Assembly (NCBI GenBank): GCA_965222155.1
Contig: CBDCTH010000012.1
Coordinates: 3,200,001 to 3,264,000, forward strand
Direction: 5' to 3'
Source of the DNA: Gammaproteobacteria bacterium
Lineage (GTDB): Bacteria; Pseudomonadota; Gammaproteobacteria; Eutrophobiales; Eutrophobiaceae
Length of the DNA: 64,000 nucleotides
The notes beneath the pieces are model-generated. The model did no database searches and was not told the DNA's origin. It saw only the letters and a list, made by a program, of their open reading frames with translations. Position 1 is the stretch's first letter. Every line of letters begins with the position of its first letter. Below are positions 19,033-29,276 of this stretch, one piece after another. A program made the translations under genes and the position numbers.

Positions 19033-20274
19033 TCACATCATCTGCTTCTGCAGGTCGATCAGATAATCAATCTCCTCCTCAGTATTGAAGAAATGCGCGC
19101 TGATACGCAGGTTACCGATACCGCCCAGGGTGCGCATGGAGATCTTGATGGGCCTCATACAGCGTCCCGGGGCTGCGCAGCGATTGAAGAAGGCTGTGTC
19201 CTTGTCGTAGTCTCCGGTGGTGTAAGAGATCAGTCCGTGGCGTTTGTTCGGGTCCGTGGGGCAGGTTACCTTGCAGCCGATCTCCTGTAGCCTGTCGATG
19301 GTATAGGTGCCCAGGTGGCGCACCCGTTCCTCGACGTTTTTGATGCCGATCTTCTCGTAAAACTTCAACGTGGCCACCCAGCCGAACAGGGAAGGACCGA
19401 TGGTCGTATCCTGGGAAAACTGGTTGGCGTTGTTCACGGGGGGATAGGTCCAGCTTGCCAGGGTATCGTGGTCCTTGTCCGCGAACGGGATGGAACCGGG
19501 GATGTCCGCCCAGATGTAATTGCGGTAGCGTGCATCGATCCGGTCCATGACGGAACGCTTGATATAGAAGATGCCGGCCCCTTCCGGACCGCACTGCCAT
19601 TTGTAGGCGCCCGATACCAGGAAGTCAACGTCATCGTCTTTGACATCTATGTCCACGGCGCCCAGGGTCTGCATGGCGTCATCCAGCACCAGCGCCCCTT
19701 GAGCATGTGCAATGCGGGATACCTCCTTCATGTCGAAGGTAAATCCGCAAAACGCCGTGGTACGGTCAACGATCACCATCCTGGTATTTCCGTCCACCAG
19801 CTTTTCCATGTCTTCCATGAGGATCTCGCCGTTGACGTTGCGGGCGACCCGGATCTCAATCCCGTAGCGGCGCCGCAAGTCCTGCAGGATATAGGGAATG
19901 GAAGGGTAGGACAGGTCCGTGATCACCACGTTGTCGCCTTGCGCCCATTCCATCATGTTATAGAGGATGAGGTTTGCCGTAATCGCCGGCCGATAGGCGT
20001 TGGTGACCTCGTCCTTGTCGGCATTGATGAACTGTGCGCTACGGCGGATGCTCTCATCCCACTTGGCCAGCAGGAACGGGTGTGTCGCGATATCGGCGGC
20101 GGGGATGTCTTCCATGCGGCCGAATTCGACGAAATTGTAAAAGTCACGCACCGCACTTAACCAGTAATTGCCCGGCACCATCTGGTCGGCCGCGTTCAGG
20201 TAGACCCAGTGGTCCAGCAGCTTGTATTCAGCGCGGATCTCGTCCAGGTGTTCATCTATGTAGTTGTCAGTCAT
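19033..20274 (-). CDS. Class V aminotransferase / PLP-dependent lyase
   Basis: YLNAA, LDDAMQTLG, SGAYKWQCGPEG (PLP lysine), RISAHFFNTEEEID. Confidence 0.9.
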   Translation of the reverse strand: MTDNYIDEHLDEIRAEYKLLDHWVYLNAADQMVPGNYWLSAVRDFYNFVEFGRMEDIPAADIATHPFLLAKWDESIRRSAQFINADKDEVTNAYRPAITANLILYNMMEWAQGDNVVITDLSYPSIPYILQDLRRRYGIEIRVARNVNGEILMEDMEKLVDGNTRMVIVDRTTAFCGFTFDMKEVSRIAHAQGALVLDDAMQTLGAVDIDVKDDDVDFLVSGAYKWQCGPEGAGIFYIKRSVMDRIDARYRNYIWADIPGSIPFADKDHDTLASWTYPPVNNANQFSQDTTIGPSLFGWVATLKFYEKIGIKNVEERVRHLGTYTIDRLQEIGCKVTCPTDPNKRHGLISYTTGDYDKDTAFFNRCAAPGRCMRPIKISMRTLGGIGNLRISAHFFNTEEEIDYLIDLQKQMM

Positions 20275-20347
20275 GTCCTGATTTGCCAGTAAAATGACAA
20301 TTATAAGGGAAAAGACCATATCAATGCGTAGCGTTTTTGTCACATAT

Positions 20348-20507
20348 CAGCTGCTCCTGCTAAATCGAGGTCAGTACAGTTTAAGACAAGGGGGACAGGG
20401 GGGGACAGATTTAAATCTGTCCCCTGGGAGTCTGACCGTAACGGGGCATGTTTCTCTGGGAGGGAGGGCGTCTCGCCCTCCACCCCGGGAGTTAGCGGGA
20501 ACTGCTG
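20348..20507 (+). mobile_element. REP-carrying MITE, copy 1
   Basis: 16-bp TIR CAGCTGCTCCTGCTAA / TTAGCGGGAACTGCTG; flanks GTCACATAT / GTCACATAG; internal GGGGACAGATTTAAATCTGTCCCC. Confidence 0.85.
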
Positions 20508-20669
20508 GTCACATAGGGCCTGGAAGTTCAAGCTCATATTATCCATTGACGAAGTCTGCCCAGGCGGAGTATGCAAACTGTATTGTCACACCCTGGTCGG
20601 ATATAATGAACGATAAATGTTGAAATCTAATACCATCGTTCCGGTGACCGGAACGCACACCTGAGCATT

Positions 20670-22022
20670 GTGACCCAACTAACCCTGCGCGAACAATGGT
20701 CCTCCCACACAGGATTTATCCTGGCTGCGATTGGAGGGGCAGTCGGCCTGGGTAATATCTGGAAGTTTCCCTATATGGCCGGGTCAAGTGGCGGTGGCGC
20801 CTTTGTCATCGTCTACCTGCTCGCGGTGACGCTGGTTGCCATTCCTATCCTGATGGCCGAGTTGATGTTGGGTCGGAGCGGCAAGCAAAGCCCGCCCACT
20901 GCCATGTTGATTAATGCGGAAAAGGAAAGCCGGTCACGGTGGTGGTCGGGAGTCGGCTGGATCGGCGCCGGCGCCGGATTTCTGATCCTCAGCTTCTACA
21001 GCGTCGTTGGCGGCTGGGTACTGGACTACGTGTTTGTATCCATAACCGGCGGGTTTTCCGGGATTGAACCGGCCGGGGCACAAGCGCGTTTCGGCAGTGT
21101 ACTGTCCAGTCCGCTGCGTATGATGTTGTCGTTCACTCTATTCCTGGGAATAACCGGGATTATCATCAGCGCGGGTCTGCGTAACGGCATAGAACGAGCG
21201 ACCGGAATACTGATGCCGGCATTATTCCTTATGCTGCTGGTGTTGATTGCCTACAGTGCCGTAAAAGGCGATCTGGCAGCAGGGCTCAGTTTTCTCTTTA
21301 CCGTGGACTTCGGCAAAATCAACCCGAATATCATGCTGTCGGCAGTGGGACACGCATTTTTTTCCGTCGGCGTATCCATGGGGCTGATGATGGCCTACGG
21401 CGCCTATTTACCGCAGGATGTGTCCATTCCCAAGACCGCGGTCGTTATCGCAGGCGCCGATACTCTGGTCGCCATCATGGCAGGGCTTGTCATTTTTCCG
21501 TTGGTGTTCGCAAACGGTCTGGCGCCGGGTGAAGGACCGGGCCTGATCTTTGTCACGTTGCCTATTGCATTCGGCAACATGCCGGCAGGAAGTCTGTTCG
21601 GGGCCGTTTTTTTTCTCCTGTTGTTATTTGCCGCAATCACTTCTTCCATCGCTATCATGGAACCAGCGGTAGCCTGGGTGGAGGAACAGCGCGGCTTGAA
21701 CCGCAAGACGAGTGCGGCAATAGTCACCAGTTGTATCTGGCTGCTGGGTATCGGCAGCGTGTTGTCATTCAATATCTGGGACGAAGTTAAACCTGTCGCA
21801 GGTAAAACAATATTTGATTTGGTGGATTACCTGACGGCCAACCTGATGATGCCGATAGGCGGGATGCTGATCGCGATCTTTGCCGGCTGGTTTATGCGAC
21901 GCAACACCCTGGCGGATGAATTACAGATAAGCAGCCCCTTGCTGTTCGCGAGCTGGCGGTTTCTGATCAGAACCGTGGCGCCGCTTGCGATAGCGGGAAT
22001 ACTGGTGACGAATTTGTTTTAG
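20670..22022 (+). CDS. Sodium-dependent transporter (NSS family)
   Basis: REQWSSHTGFILAAIGGAVGLGNIWKFPY, GPGLIFVTLP. Confidence 0.95.
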   Translation: MTQLTLREQWSSHTGFILAAIGGAVGLGNIWKFPYMAGSSGGGAFVIVYLLAVTLVAIPILMAELMLGRSGKQSPPTAMLINAEKESRSRWWSGVGWIGAGAGFLILSFYSVVGGWVLDYVFVSITGGFSGIEPAGAQARFGSVLSSPLRMMLSFTLFLGITGIIISAGLRNGIERATGILMPALFLMLLVLIAYSAVKGDLAAGLSFLFTVDFGKINPNIMLSAVGHAFFSVGVSMGLMMAYGAYLPQDVSIPKTAVVIAGADTLVAIMAGLVIFPLVFANGLAPGEGPGLIFVTLPIAFGNMPAGSLFGAVFFLLLLFAAITSSIAIMEPAVAWVEEQRGLNRKTSAAIVTSCIWLLGIGSVLSFNIWDEVKPVAGKTIFDLVDYLTANLMMPIGGMLIAIFAGWFMRRNTLADELQISSPLLFASWRFLIRTVAPLAIAGILVTNLF

Positions 22023-22252
22023 GGTCGGACCAGTATAATCCTGGATAACCCATTGATTATAATATGGATAAATACAGAAACGGGGCTATAAATGAGCTTA
22101 GAAGGGTCTTTTTGTGGGTAAAATGCCCGGTTTTATTTGTTATAAGGGATAGCGTCAGGCAATATTCAAATGTATGCGTTTGCCCTGTAAACACGCTGAT
22201 GAAACGCTCTTTTACACCTGACTCCGGGTCATTATTTGTGTAGCATTCACCC

Positions 22253-22918
22253 ATGCCCTACGAAGTCATTAAATTTATCCATGTCCTGTTACTGGTTTTC
22301 TGACTGGGAACCGACCTAGGCGTACTGCTGCTGGCCAGGAAGTTCCGCGATGCAAGCCTGTCCGTCGAGACGCGCCTGACGCTGATGCACATGGCGATGG
22401 TTATCGATACCATGCCTCGCATCTGTTTTATCGTCATGTTGCCTGCGGGGGTGCACTTGGCTAATGCCACCGGGTTGCTGGATGTCGGTATACCGGGCAT
22501 GGTCGACCTGTGGCTGCTGGCGGCGCTGTTGCTGACTGTCAATATGTCCGCGGCAAAAAAAATGGGGACCCCTCTCGGGACCAGGCTGCAGCGTCTTAAC
22601 TGGGTCGGGCTGGGTATTACGGGATTGCTGCTGATAGGCGTCGGATTATCCTCATTGGTCAATGGAGCGCCGGTAACCACCTCCTGGCTGGCTGCCAAGA
22701 TCGTTATTTACGGTCTGGTCTACTGGTTTGCGATAGGCATAGACTGGATGTTCCTGCCGGTGGGTCGGTTGACCGGCGAACTGGTGGAAAAGGGCTCATC
22801 GGCGGAAATAGAGGCGGGCATTACCCGAACCGTGGACCAGACCATGTGGGCGGTACTTGCGGTTTATGCGGCCACTCTCGCTGCCGCGTATATCTGTGTT
22901 ACAAAGATCGATTTCTGA
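22253..22918 (+). pseudogene. Membrane protein with in-frame TGA (22301)
   Basis: MPYEVIKFIHVLLLVF*LGTDLGV continues in frame into ORF 22385-22918. Confidence 0.75.
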
Positions 22919-22925
22919 CTGCTGT

Positions 22926-23405
22926 TTAAAATTCCGCGTCGGGCGTGGCCTGGTCGATATCCAAGTATAGCTTCCATTCGTTGTCTGCGTTTCTTTTATA
23001 TATGAGCAGGGAGCGCCCGGCGTCCCGATAGGTATCGCCCCCCGACTCCGGTTCGGCAGTCAGGTAATATTTGCTCAGCAGGTGCGCCGTTTCCCCGTGA
23101 ATTTGTATTTCCTCAATAGCTATCTCGAACGTCACCCTGGATTTACCCATACCCGGCGCAAAAAAGCTGCGAATCTGTTCAACACCGCGCAACGCAGGTT
23201 TGCCGTGCAGGGCGACGATGGCATCCTGTGTGTATAAGGTCATCAACTGATCCAGGTCCCCGGCGCTGTATAACTCTATCCATCTTTGAGCAACCTGTTC
23301 TATGGCGGCGATATCCGCGTCATCGTTTGCCGTTGCCTGATTGAACAAAAGCAGGTTCAGTAAAAGATACAAAGCTGCTTTTGTGAGCCTCTGGCGGAAT
23401 TTCAT
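22926..23405 (-). CDS. Secreted NTF2-like (SnoaL/DUF4440) protein
   Basis: Signal peptide; W..LY.AGDLD..MTLYTQDA; RG.EQIR.F; WK. Confidence 0.85.
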   Translation of the reverse strand: MKFRQRLTKAALYLLLNLLLFNQATANDDADIAAIEQVAQRWIELYSAGDLDQLMTLYTQDAIVALHGKPALRGVEQIRSFFAPGMGKSRVTFEIAIEEIQIHGETAHLLSKYYLTAEPESGGDTYRDAGRSLLIYKRNADNEWKLYLDIDQATPDAEF

Positions 23406-23426
23406 AAAATTTTACCTCCTTATCTG

Positions 23427-25013
23427 TTACCCGGCCTCATTAAGGCCAAGCTGTCCCGGATTAATTACGCCGTCCCTATCCAGCAGGTTTTTTATACGCC
23501 CCAGCATGGTCCACGCCGAGTCCCGGCGACTATCTCTATATGGGTAGTATTTTCCGATCTGGAAATGTATCGCGCCTTGTCTCAGGAAAATATTACGTAC
23601 TTCATCTCGAATTCGCGCAACCTCATTTCGAGCCTCGGGATTCGCCGGTACGGGCGTAAAACCGTTGAATATCTCAGGGTCTATGTTGCGGCGATGTACT
23701 TCATTCAGTTCATCGGGCCAGTAAAACACCGGTTCTACCAGGAACGCGGTATTCCCTACCATGCATAAGAGGTATCCGGTATTGATGTTGTATTTTTCCA
23801 GTGAATCTTTATTTTGTCGATACAGCGCTTGTATCCTGTCAATGGTGTCGACTGCCTGTGAGTGTCCGATTTTACCGTGAACGGGCACCCAGCGCTCGCC
23901 GTTTGGCCCTACCATTGAATTTGTCGGCGGGAAGGGGTGGGAACCGACTATAGTCGGCAGGCTGTTGGGGATTTCAACACCACTATTCTTTCCCACTATC
24001 TTTCTGATCTCTGCCAGGGCATGATCTGCGCCGGCCTCGCAACGATCCTCGACATTAACATGCAGTCCCCATTGCACTTTTTTTACGAACCTGCGGCCGC
24101 TGGCTACGATTTTGACCGATTCTTTCAAGCCGCTTTTTTCGGCTACCCTGGCCAACGTTTTTACGTCTTCGACAAGGTCGGTATCGCCACCGAGTACGCG
24201 GCTGTTCTGCAGGAACGGATCGAAACCATAACACTCAGAGGCAAGTCCCCGGCGTCCGATCTCCGACATGGCGGCACAAATCTGTGGATGGGTTTCGAAA
24301 GAAAACGACGCATATTTCACGACGGCCGGAATAGTCACCAGGCGCAGGGTAGCAACTGTCTTGATGCCAAGAGCGCCGCTGTCACCGATAAACAGTCCCG
24401 TCAGATCGGGACCGTCATACCTCAAAAAAGGGACTCCATCTTTTTTCCCATGAGCGCCGGTGGGCAGAATCTCACCATTTGCAAGCAATACGTCCAGACC
24501 AATCACACTTTCCGCGGCCGTGCCGTGAGATGCACCGCCCCAGAACACGCTGTTCTGTGACAAAGCTCCCCCGATGGTTGCGCGCACACCGGATAACGGG
24601 CCCCAGTAGGGCGGACGCAAGCCGTGATCTGACAAGGCTTCATTCAGTTTTTGCCAGGTACAACCGCATTCAACGGTCACGACCATGTCCTCGGTATTGA
24701 TATCGATGATCCTGTTCATCCTGCGCATGTCAATACTGATGCCGCGCCGGGTCTTGTGCAGGTACGAGTCGGTATATGACATGCCGCCGCCGCGAGCGAC
24801 GATATAGATATTGCTCTCTTTACAGAAAGACACGATCTGGCTGAGTTGTTGCACATTTTCCGGCTGGATGACAGCCAGGGCTGTTTCAAAGCTGCGGTAT
24901 ACGTCTTCTGAGTAATAACGTAATTCACCGGGGTCGGTAATGACGTATCGGGTGCCGACGATGCTGTGAAAACCGGATAATATCTGCTGCGATAAGGTGT
25001 GAGTGTCGCTCAT
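23427..25013 (-). CDS. FAD-binding oxidoreductase (VAO/PCMH family)
   Basis: ARGGGMSY, ATIGG, GDSGALG, DRDGVINPG. Confidence 0.9.
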   Translation of the reverse strand: MSDTHTLSQQILSGFHSIVGTRYVITDPGELRYYSEDVYRSFETALAVIQPENVQQLSQIVSFCKESNIYIVARGGGMSYTDSYLHKTRRGISIDMRRMNRIIDINTEDMVVTVECGCTWQKLNEALSDHGLRPPYWGPLSGVRATIGGALSQNSVFWGGASHGTAAESVIGLDVLLANGEILPTGAHGKKDGVPFLRYDGPDLTGLFIGDSGALGIKTVATLRLVTIPAVVKYASFSFETHPQICAAMSEIGRRGLASECYGFDPFLQNSRVLGGDTDLVEDVKTLARVAEKSGLKESVKIVASGRRFVKKVQWGLHVNVEDRCEAGADHALAEIRKIVGKNSGVEIPNSLPTIVGSHPFPPTNSMVGPNGERWVPVHGKIGHSQAVDTIDRIQALYRQNKDSLEKYNINTGYLLCMVGNTAFLVEPVFYWPDELNEVHRRNIDPEIFNGFTPVPANPEARNEVARIRDEVRNIFLRQGAIHFQIGKYYPYRDSRRDSAWTMLGRIKNLLDRDGVINPGQLGLNEAG

Positions 25014-25062
25014 TTTCTGCCCTCGCGCCGGCAGGCGCTGGTATTTTATTTGCATTTATGAG

Positions 25063-25076
25063 AATGTTATAACATT
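25063..25076. promoter_or_regulatory. Putative GntR/HutC operator
   Basis: Perfect palindrome AATGTTATAACATT between divergent genes; fits the HutC-subfamily GT.TA.AC pattern. Confidence 0.6.
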
Positions 25077-25143
25077 AATACAACCGATAACAGGTTGCTG
25101 ACGTGATACATTTCGCACCTGACCATTAAATGGAGATACGAGG

Positions 25144-26139
25144 ATGAAATACCCGTACAGAGTTTATGTTTTGCTGGTAATCCTTCCGTTGTTGCTCGGG
25201 AGCGGCGGCTTTGCAGTTGGCGCCGAACAATGGCAACCCCTGGAAATCATAGACGTCAACGGCCAGCCCTGGGATACCAGCCCCCGGTTCAGGTCAAAGA
25301 CGAAAACGTTTTTCAAGGGGCCTAATGACAGCAGTCTGATCTACGCACATTTTCTGCCGCGCTGGGACATGTCGCCGCCTATCGACCCCCTGGGCCCGCA
25401 CTATCATCACTGGCATGAATGGGCTTACGTGCTGGATGGGGACTTCGTCATCCATGAACCGGTCAGCCCGCAGCAGAAGTCCGGGATGCTTTCACATTTT
25501 ACCCAGGGCACCTGGCTGGACCGTCCTGCCTATACCCTGCATGGCGGCGTATGGGAGGTGGGCGGGATGCGTCCGCAGAACGCCTGCACCCTGTTGATAT
25601 TCGAGGAAGGCGACGGCAGTGTTGTCACCATTGGTCCGGAAGGGGACCATTTCAGGCCGGATTTTTCCGATAAGCCGGACCCATACAGGCCGGATTGGCA
25701 GGCAGTGCAGCAATTCAATCATCCGTGGATAGTCCATACCACCACTGATCTGGAGTGGGAGGCCGATACCAAGGTGCCGGGCCGTTTGCTCAAGTGGTTG
25801 AGTGACGACCAGAAAAAGGGGTTTCGCGCCCGTCTTGTGAAAATACCCCCCGGGTGGCAGGCCCCGCAAAAACACAAGATGAGTTATTACAAGCAGGCCA
25901 GTCGTTTTATCTATCTCATCTATGGCGATCTCTCCATTACACAGCGAAGTAAGCCCGGCGCCACGGGAACACCGGCAACATTAACCCGGGACTTTTTTGT
26001 CTACCAGGCCCCGTACAGCCTGTTTGGCTTTGCTGACGGTCCTGTCACCAGAGACGGAGCAATATGGCTGGAAGTTGTGTACGCGCAAGGCCTCGCAGTT
26101 GGCGGCGGCAAGATTGATATCCCTTCACACCTTGAATAA
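25144..26139 (+). CDS. Secreted double-cupin (ChrR-like) protein
   Basis: Signal peptide; PHYHHWHEWAYVLDGD...RPAYTLHG; second repeat ARLVKIPPGW. Confidence 0.7.
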   Translation: MKYPYRVYVLLVILPLLLGSGGFAVGAEQWQPLEIIDVNGQPWDTSPRFRSKTKTFFKGPNDSSLIYAHFLPRWDMSPPIDPLGPHYHHWHEWAYVLDGDFVIHEPVSPQQKSGMLSHFTQGTWLDRPAYTLHGGVWEVGGMRPQNACTLLIFEEGDGSVVTIGPEGDHFRPDFSDKPDPYRPDWQAVQQFNHPWIVHTTTDLEWEADTKVPGRLLKWLSDDQKKGFRARLVKIPPGWQAPQKHKMSYYKQASRFIYLIYGDLSITQRSKPGATGTPATLTRDFFVYQAPYSLFGFADGPVTRDGAIWLEVVYAQGLAVGGGKIDIPSHLE

Positions 26140-26788
26140 CAGTGCACTGAGCATCCACATTATCGGTGGCGGCATAGCGGGATTGACCACTGCCCTCGCC
26201 CTGAGAAAGTACGGATTCCCGGTTACATTGTTTGAGCAGTCTGAGCAGTTCGGCGACGTGGGCGCCAGCATCACCATCGGCCCCAACGCGTCCAGAGTGT
26301 TGCTCGCCCTGGGTCTGCAAGAAAAACTGGCACCCTATACCTGGATACCCCGCCATGCAGGCATATTGCACTTCAAAACCGGAGACCACATTTCTTATGC
26401 CCTGCGTGGCGGCAACTATGTTTCCGAATTCGGTTCACCGTTCTGGCATATTCACCGGGCGGACTTGTTGAAGGTGCTGGTGGATTCCTTGTCGGATGAT
26501 GCCGGCGTCGAACTCAGGCCCGGCCATAAAGTAAGCCGTATTACTCAGTCGGACGATAAGGTGACCTGTGAATTCAGCAACGGCATCTCGTACAACTGCG
26601 ACGTATTGATCGCCTGTGACGGGATCAAGTCAATCACACGGGAAACGCTGTTTCCCGGGACGCCGGTGACGTTTACCGGTTACGTGGCCTGGCGGGGTTT
26701 GGTGGATATCGAACAGTTGCCGGGGTTTGAGACTGATCCCGATTTTGCGCTGTACGCGGGCCCCGGCAAGATCTTCGGCAGGTATGCG
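26132..26788 (+). pseudogene. FAD-dependent monooxygenase, 3' half deleted
   Basis: IIGGGIAGL, IHRADL, ACDGIKS, AWRG; no GDAAH motif; fused to a convergent gene fragment. Confidence 0.85.
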
Positions 26789-26854
26789 TTGTGCGTATTC
26801 GGCAAATTGCTCGGGTTTGGTAACAGTGGCTTGTACGACCATATAAGCAGACAT
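26783..26854 (-). pseudogene. DUF1330-like N-terminal fragment
   Basis: MSAYMVVQATVTKPEQFAEYAQR with AGGAG RBS, then runs antisense into the monooxygenase. Confidence 0.65.
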
Positions 26855-26865
26855 GGTATTTTCTC

Positions 26866-27579
26866 CTATGTTTCAAGTTCAATCAGTTCATAAAACGTTT
26901 GCATATAGCCGCCGACTTCACCGCGTAAAAAAATGAAGTCGTCGTCTGCCGTACACCAGACATCGTATTTCGGATGTTCTTCCGGTAGCTGTCCGGCGGT
27001 ATCGACGTAACGGAAATGATGCGCGTCAAACGTGCCGGCCGCTACACTGATCGTTTCATCACCGACGTATTCGATACCAAATCCCAGTTTGAACAACAGC
27101 GGTCCCGTGGCGCCCCGGTGGTCGGGAGAGGTCACCATCATATCAGGAAAGAAGGTCTTGCCGGGCCCCTGGCTGCGGTCGAAGATGGAGAAGCCCATGC
27201 CGTCACCGGCAATGGGGTGGCTTGCCAACCAGCGCGTGCGCCGTTCCACATCAAACCGTTGTGAGATACGCCCGTCATGCACATTGAAGGATTCCGTTTC
27301 GGCGTAGGTTTCCGAAAAACGCATCCAGCCGGAACCCTCGAAACGATCATCTATCGCCAGTCGGACAAAACAATCCATGGGATAGTGGTCGGCATCCAGG
27401 CCCAGAATAACGTCCCGTAAAACGGTAGGAGGATCATCGATTTCACAGTAGGCGCGCAGGGTTCGTTTGCCGTCGCTATGCACCGTGATGATAAAGGACT
27501 CACGCCCGCGTTCTTGTCCCAGCCGATCCGGTTTTTTACTGGTGTATAAAATTTTGCCTCGTATTGTTTTGTGACGCAT
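26866..27579 (-). CDS. Conserved hypothetical protein
   Basis: 237-aa ORF with operon-like spacing and coding-type composition. Confidence 0.75.
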   Translation of the reverse strand: MRHKTIRGKILYTSKKPDRLGQERGRESFIITVHSDGKRTLRAYCEIDDPPTVLRDVILGLDADHYPMDCFVRLAIDDRFEGSGWMRFSETYAETESFNVHDGRISQRFDVERRTRWLASHPIAGDGMGFSIFDRSQGPGKTFFPDMMVTSPDHRGATGPLLFKLGFGIEYVGDETISVAAGTFDAHHFRYVDTAGQLPEEHPKYDVWCTADDDFIFLRGEVGGYMQTFYELIELET

Positions 27580-27592
27580 ATAGATTAACCTT

Positions 27593-29086
27593 TTATATGG
27601 AAATGAAAATCGATGAGGTGGATCCTGACTGCAATATTATTATTTGAGTCGCTTGAGTAATTCCACTTTGTTCAAAAGTGCCGGAGGATTTTTTTGGTAA
27701 ATTGTCAAGGAACACGTAACGAGAGGGAATCTTATAGGAAGCAAGCTGTTTCTGACAATGCCTGCTCAGGGAGTCTTTGGAGATGGCCTCGTTCGCGGCA
27801 ATGAACGCCGTGACGGTTTCGCCGAATTTTTCCGATGGTTCGTCGACGACAGTCGCTTCCCTGACTGCCGGGAACTTCATCAGAACGGCCTCGATTTCCG
27901 CCGGATAGACGTTGACGCCGCCACGGTTGATGATGTCTTTGTCACGACCACGCAGGATAATATGTCCGCTGTCAAGTTTTGCGGCCAGGTCGCCGGGATA
28001 AAACCAGCCTTCCTGATTTATCGCTTCCTCCGTTCCGTCGCCGTCGATAAAACGCCTGGCGACGCCCGGCCCCCGATAGCGCAAGCGCCCGGTCTCCCCT
28101 GCCTGCACCGGTCTGTCCCGGTTATCCACGACCTGGACTTCGGTCCTGAAGGTAGCCCGTCCTACCGTATGCGCGTAGTCGTCAAACTCGTCGGTATTCA
28201 ATACGGAAATACCGCCGCCTTCGCTGGAGGCGTAATAACCGATTAAACCCGGGTTCACTTTCCGGCGTATTTCTCTGGCCTCCGGCGGATAAAGCGCGGC
28301 GCCGCTGATCAGCAGTTTTTTCAGTCCGGGTAGTAATAATCCCTTTTGATAGAGAGGAGCAAGCCCGCGTAATTGAGCAGGCACGAGGAATGAAGCGGTT
28401 GCATGGGACATATTCAGCGCGTTGATCAACTCGTGGGGCTCATGCGGGGGCGGGTCGAGAATGACCGTAGCGCGGGCGGCCAGGAAAGCCATACCGAAAG
28501 AACGACCAGCGCCGAAGAATAATGGGGTCAATCCTAAAAATCGATCCTGGGAATTAAAGCCTATTGTCACCCATTGGCTGACGAAGCGCTGGTACATCTG
28601 TTCATGGGTGACCAGTGTGCCTTTGGGTTTGCCCGTAGTGCCCGATGATAATGATATGAGCAAAGGTAGATCGGCATGGTCCGGCATCGGGGGCAACCTG
28701 CCGGGTTCGGTCTTCAGCCATTTATTATTGAGCGCCAGTGTTTCACAGCCGGCCGGCATTTCTGCGTCTCCCTCCAGGATCAGCAACTTTGCATTGAAGG
28801 CTGCCGCGGTTGCAGCTTTTTCGGTTGAGGTCCAGCGCTGATCGACAGGCAGGATCACAGCGCCGAGCCGGGCCAGTGCGTAGTGTAAAATCAGGTGACA
28901 GGGATGTTCTTTTAAGGCAAGTCCCACCCGGTCCCCGGCCCTTATACCGCGTTCATGGAGGTAAGCGGCATAGCCCTGGAGGCGTTGCCACAGTTCAAGA
29001 TAACTGATCCGTTCATGCTGAAATTCGATGGCTGTTTTGTCACCATGACTGTCTGCATGGCATTGAAGTACGGAAGCCAGGTTCAT
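27593..29086 (-). CDS. AMP-binding acyl-CoA synthetase (possible +1 frameshift in the last ~15 codons)
   Basis: SSGTTGKPKG, YYASSE, GWFYPGD, GRDKDIINRGG, YKIP. Confidence 0.9.
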   Translation of the reverse strand: MNLASVLQCHADSHGDKTAIEFQHERISYLELWQRLQGYAAYLHERGIRAGDRVGLALKEHPCHLILHYALARLGAVILPVDQRWTSTEKAATAAAFNAKLLILEGDAEMPAGCETLALNNKWLKTEPGRLPPMPDHADLPLLISLSSGTTGKPKGTLVTHEQMYQRFVSQWVTIGFNSQDRFLGLTPLFFGAGRSFGMAFLAARATVILDPPPHEPHELINALNMSHATASFLVPAQLRGLAPLYQKGLLLPGLKKLLISGAALYPPEAREIRRKVNPGLIGYYASSEGGGISVLNTDEFDDYAHTVGRATFRTEVQVVDNRDRPVQAGETGRLRYRGPGVARRFIDGDGTEEAINQEGWFYPGDLAAKLDSGHIILRGRDKDIINRGGVNVYPAEIEAVLMKFPAVREATVVDEPSEKFGETVTAFIAANEAISKDSLSRHCQKQLASYKIPSRYVFLDNLPKKSSGTFEQSGITQATQIIILQSGSTSSIFISI

Positions 29087-29098
29087 AGGAAACAGGGG

Positions 29099-29212
29099 TT
29101 AGTCGAGGTTGTAGATACGCCGCACGTTATCCCGCCAACCCGGACGGTGGGACAACACTTCTTCCGTCCAGATATTCACGACGGCATCAATGGCTTTGAG
29201 ATTATTCGACAT
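29099..29212 (-). pseudogene. Amidohydrolase_2-like gene collapsed by internal deletion
   Basis: 37 aa: N-terminus AIDAVVNIWT joined in frame to C-terminus RDNVRRIYNLD; GAGGA RBS. Confidence 0.6.
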
Positions 29213-29276
29213 GGTGAATCCTCATTGGTTTTCTATCATACCCCGTTAGCCGAACTTACAGCAGTCAATATCCGGG

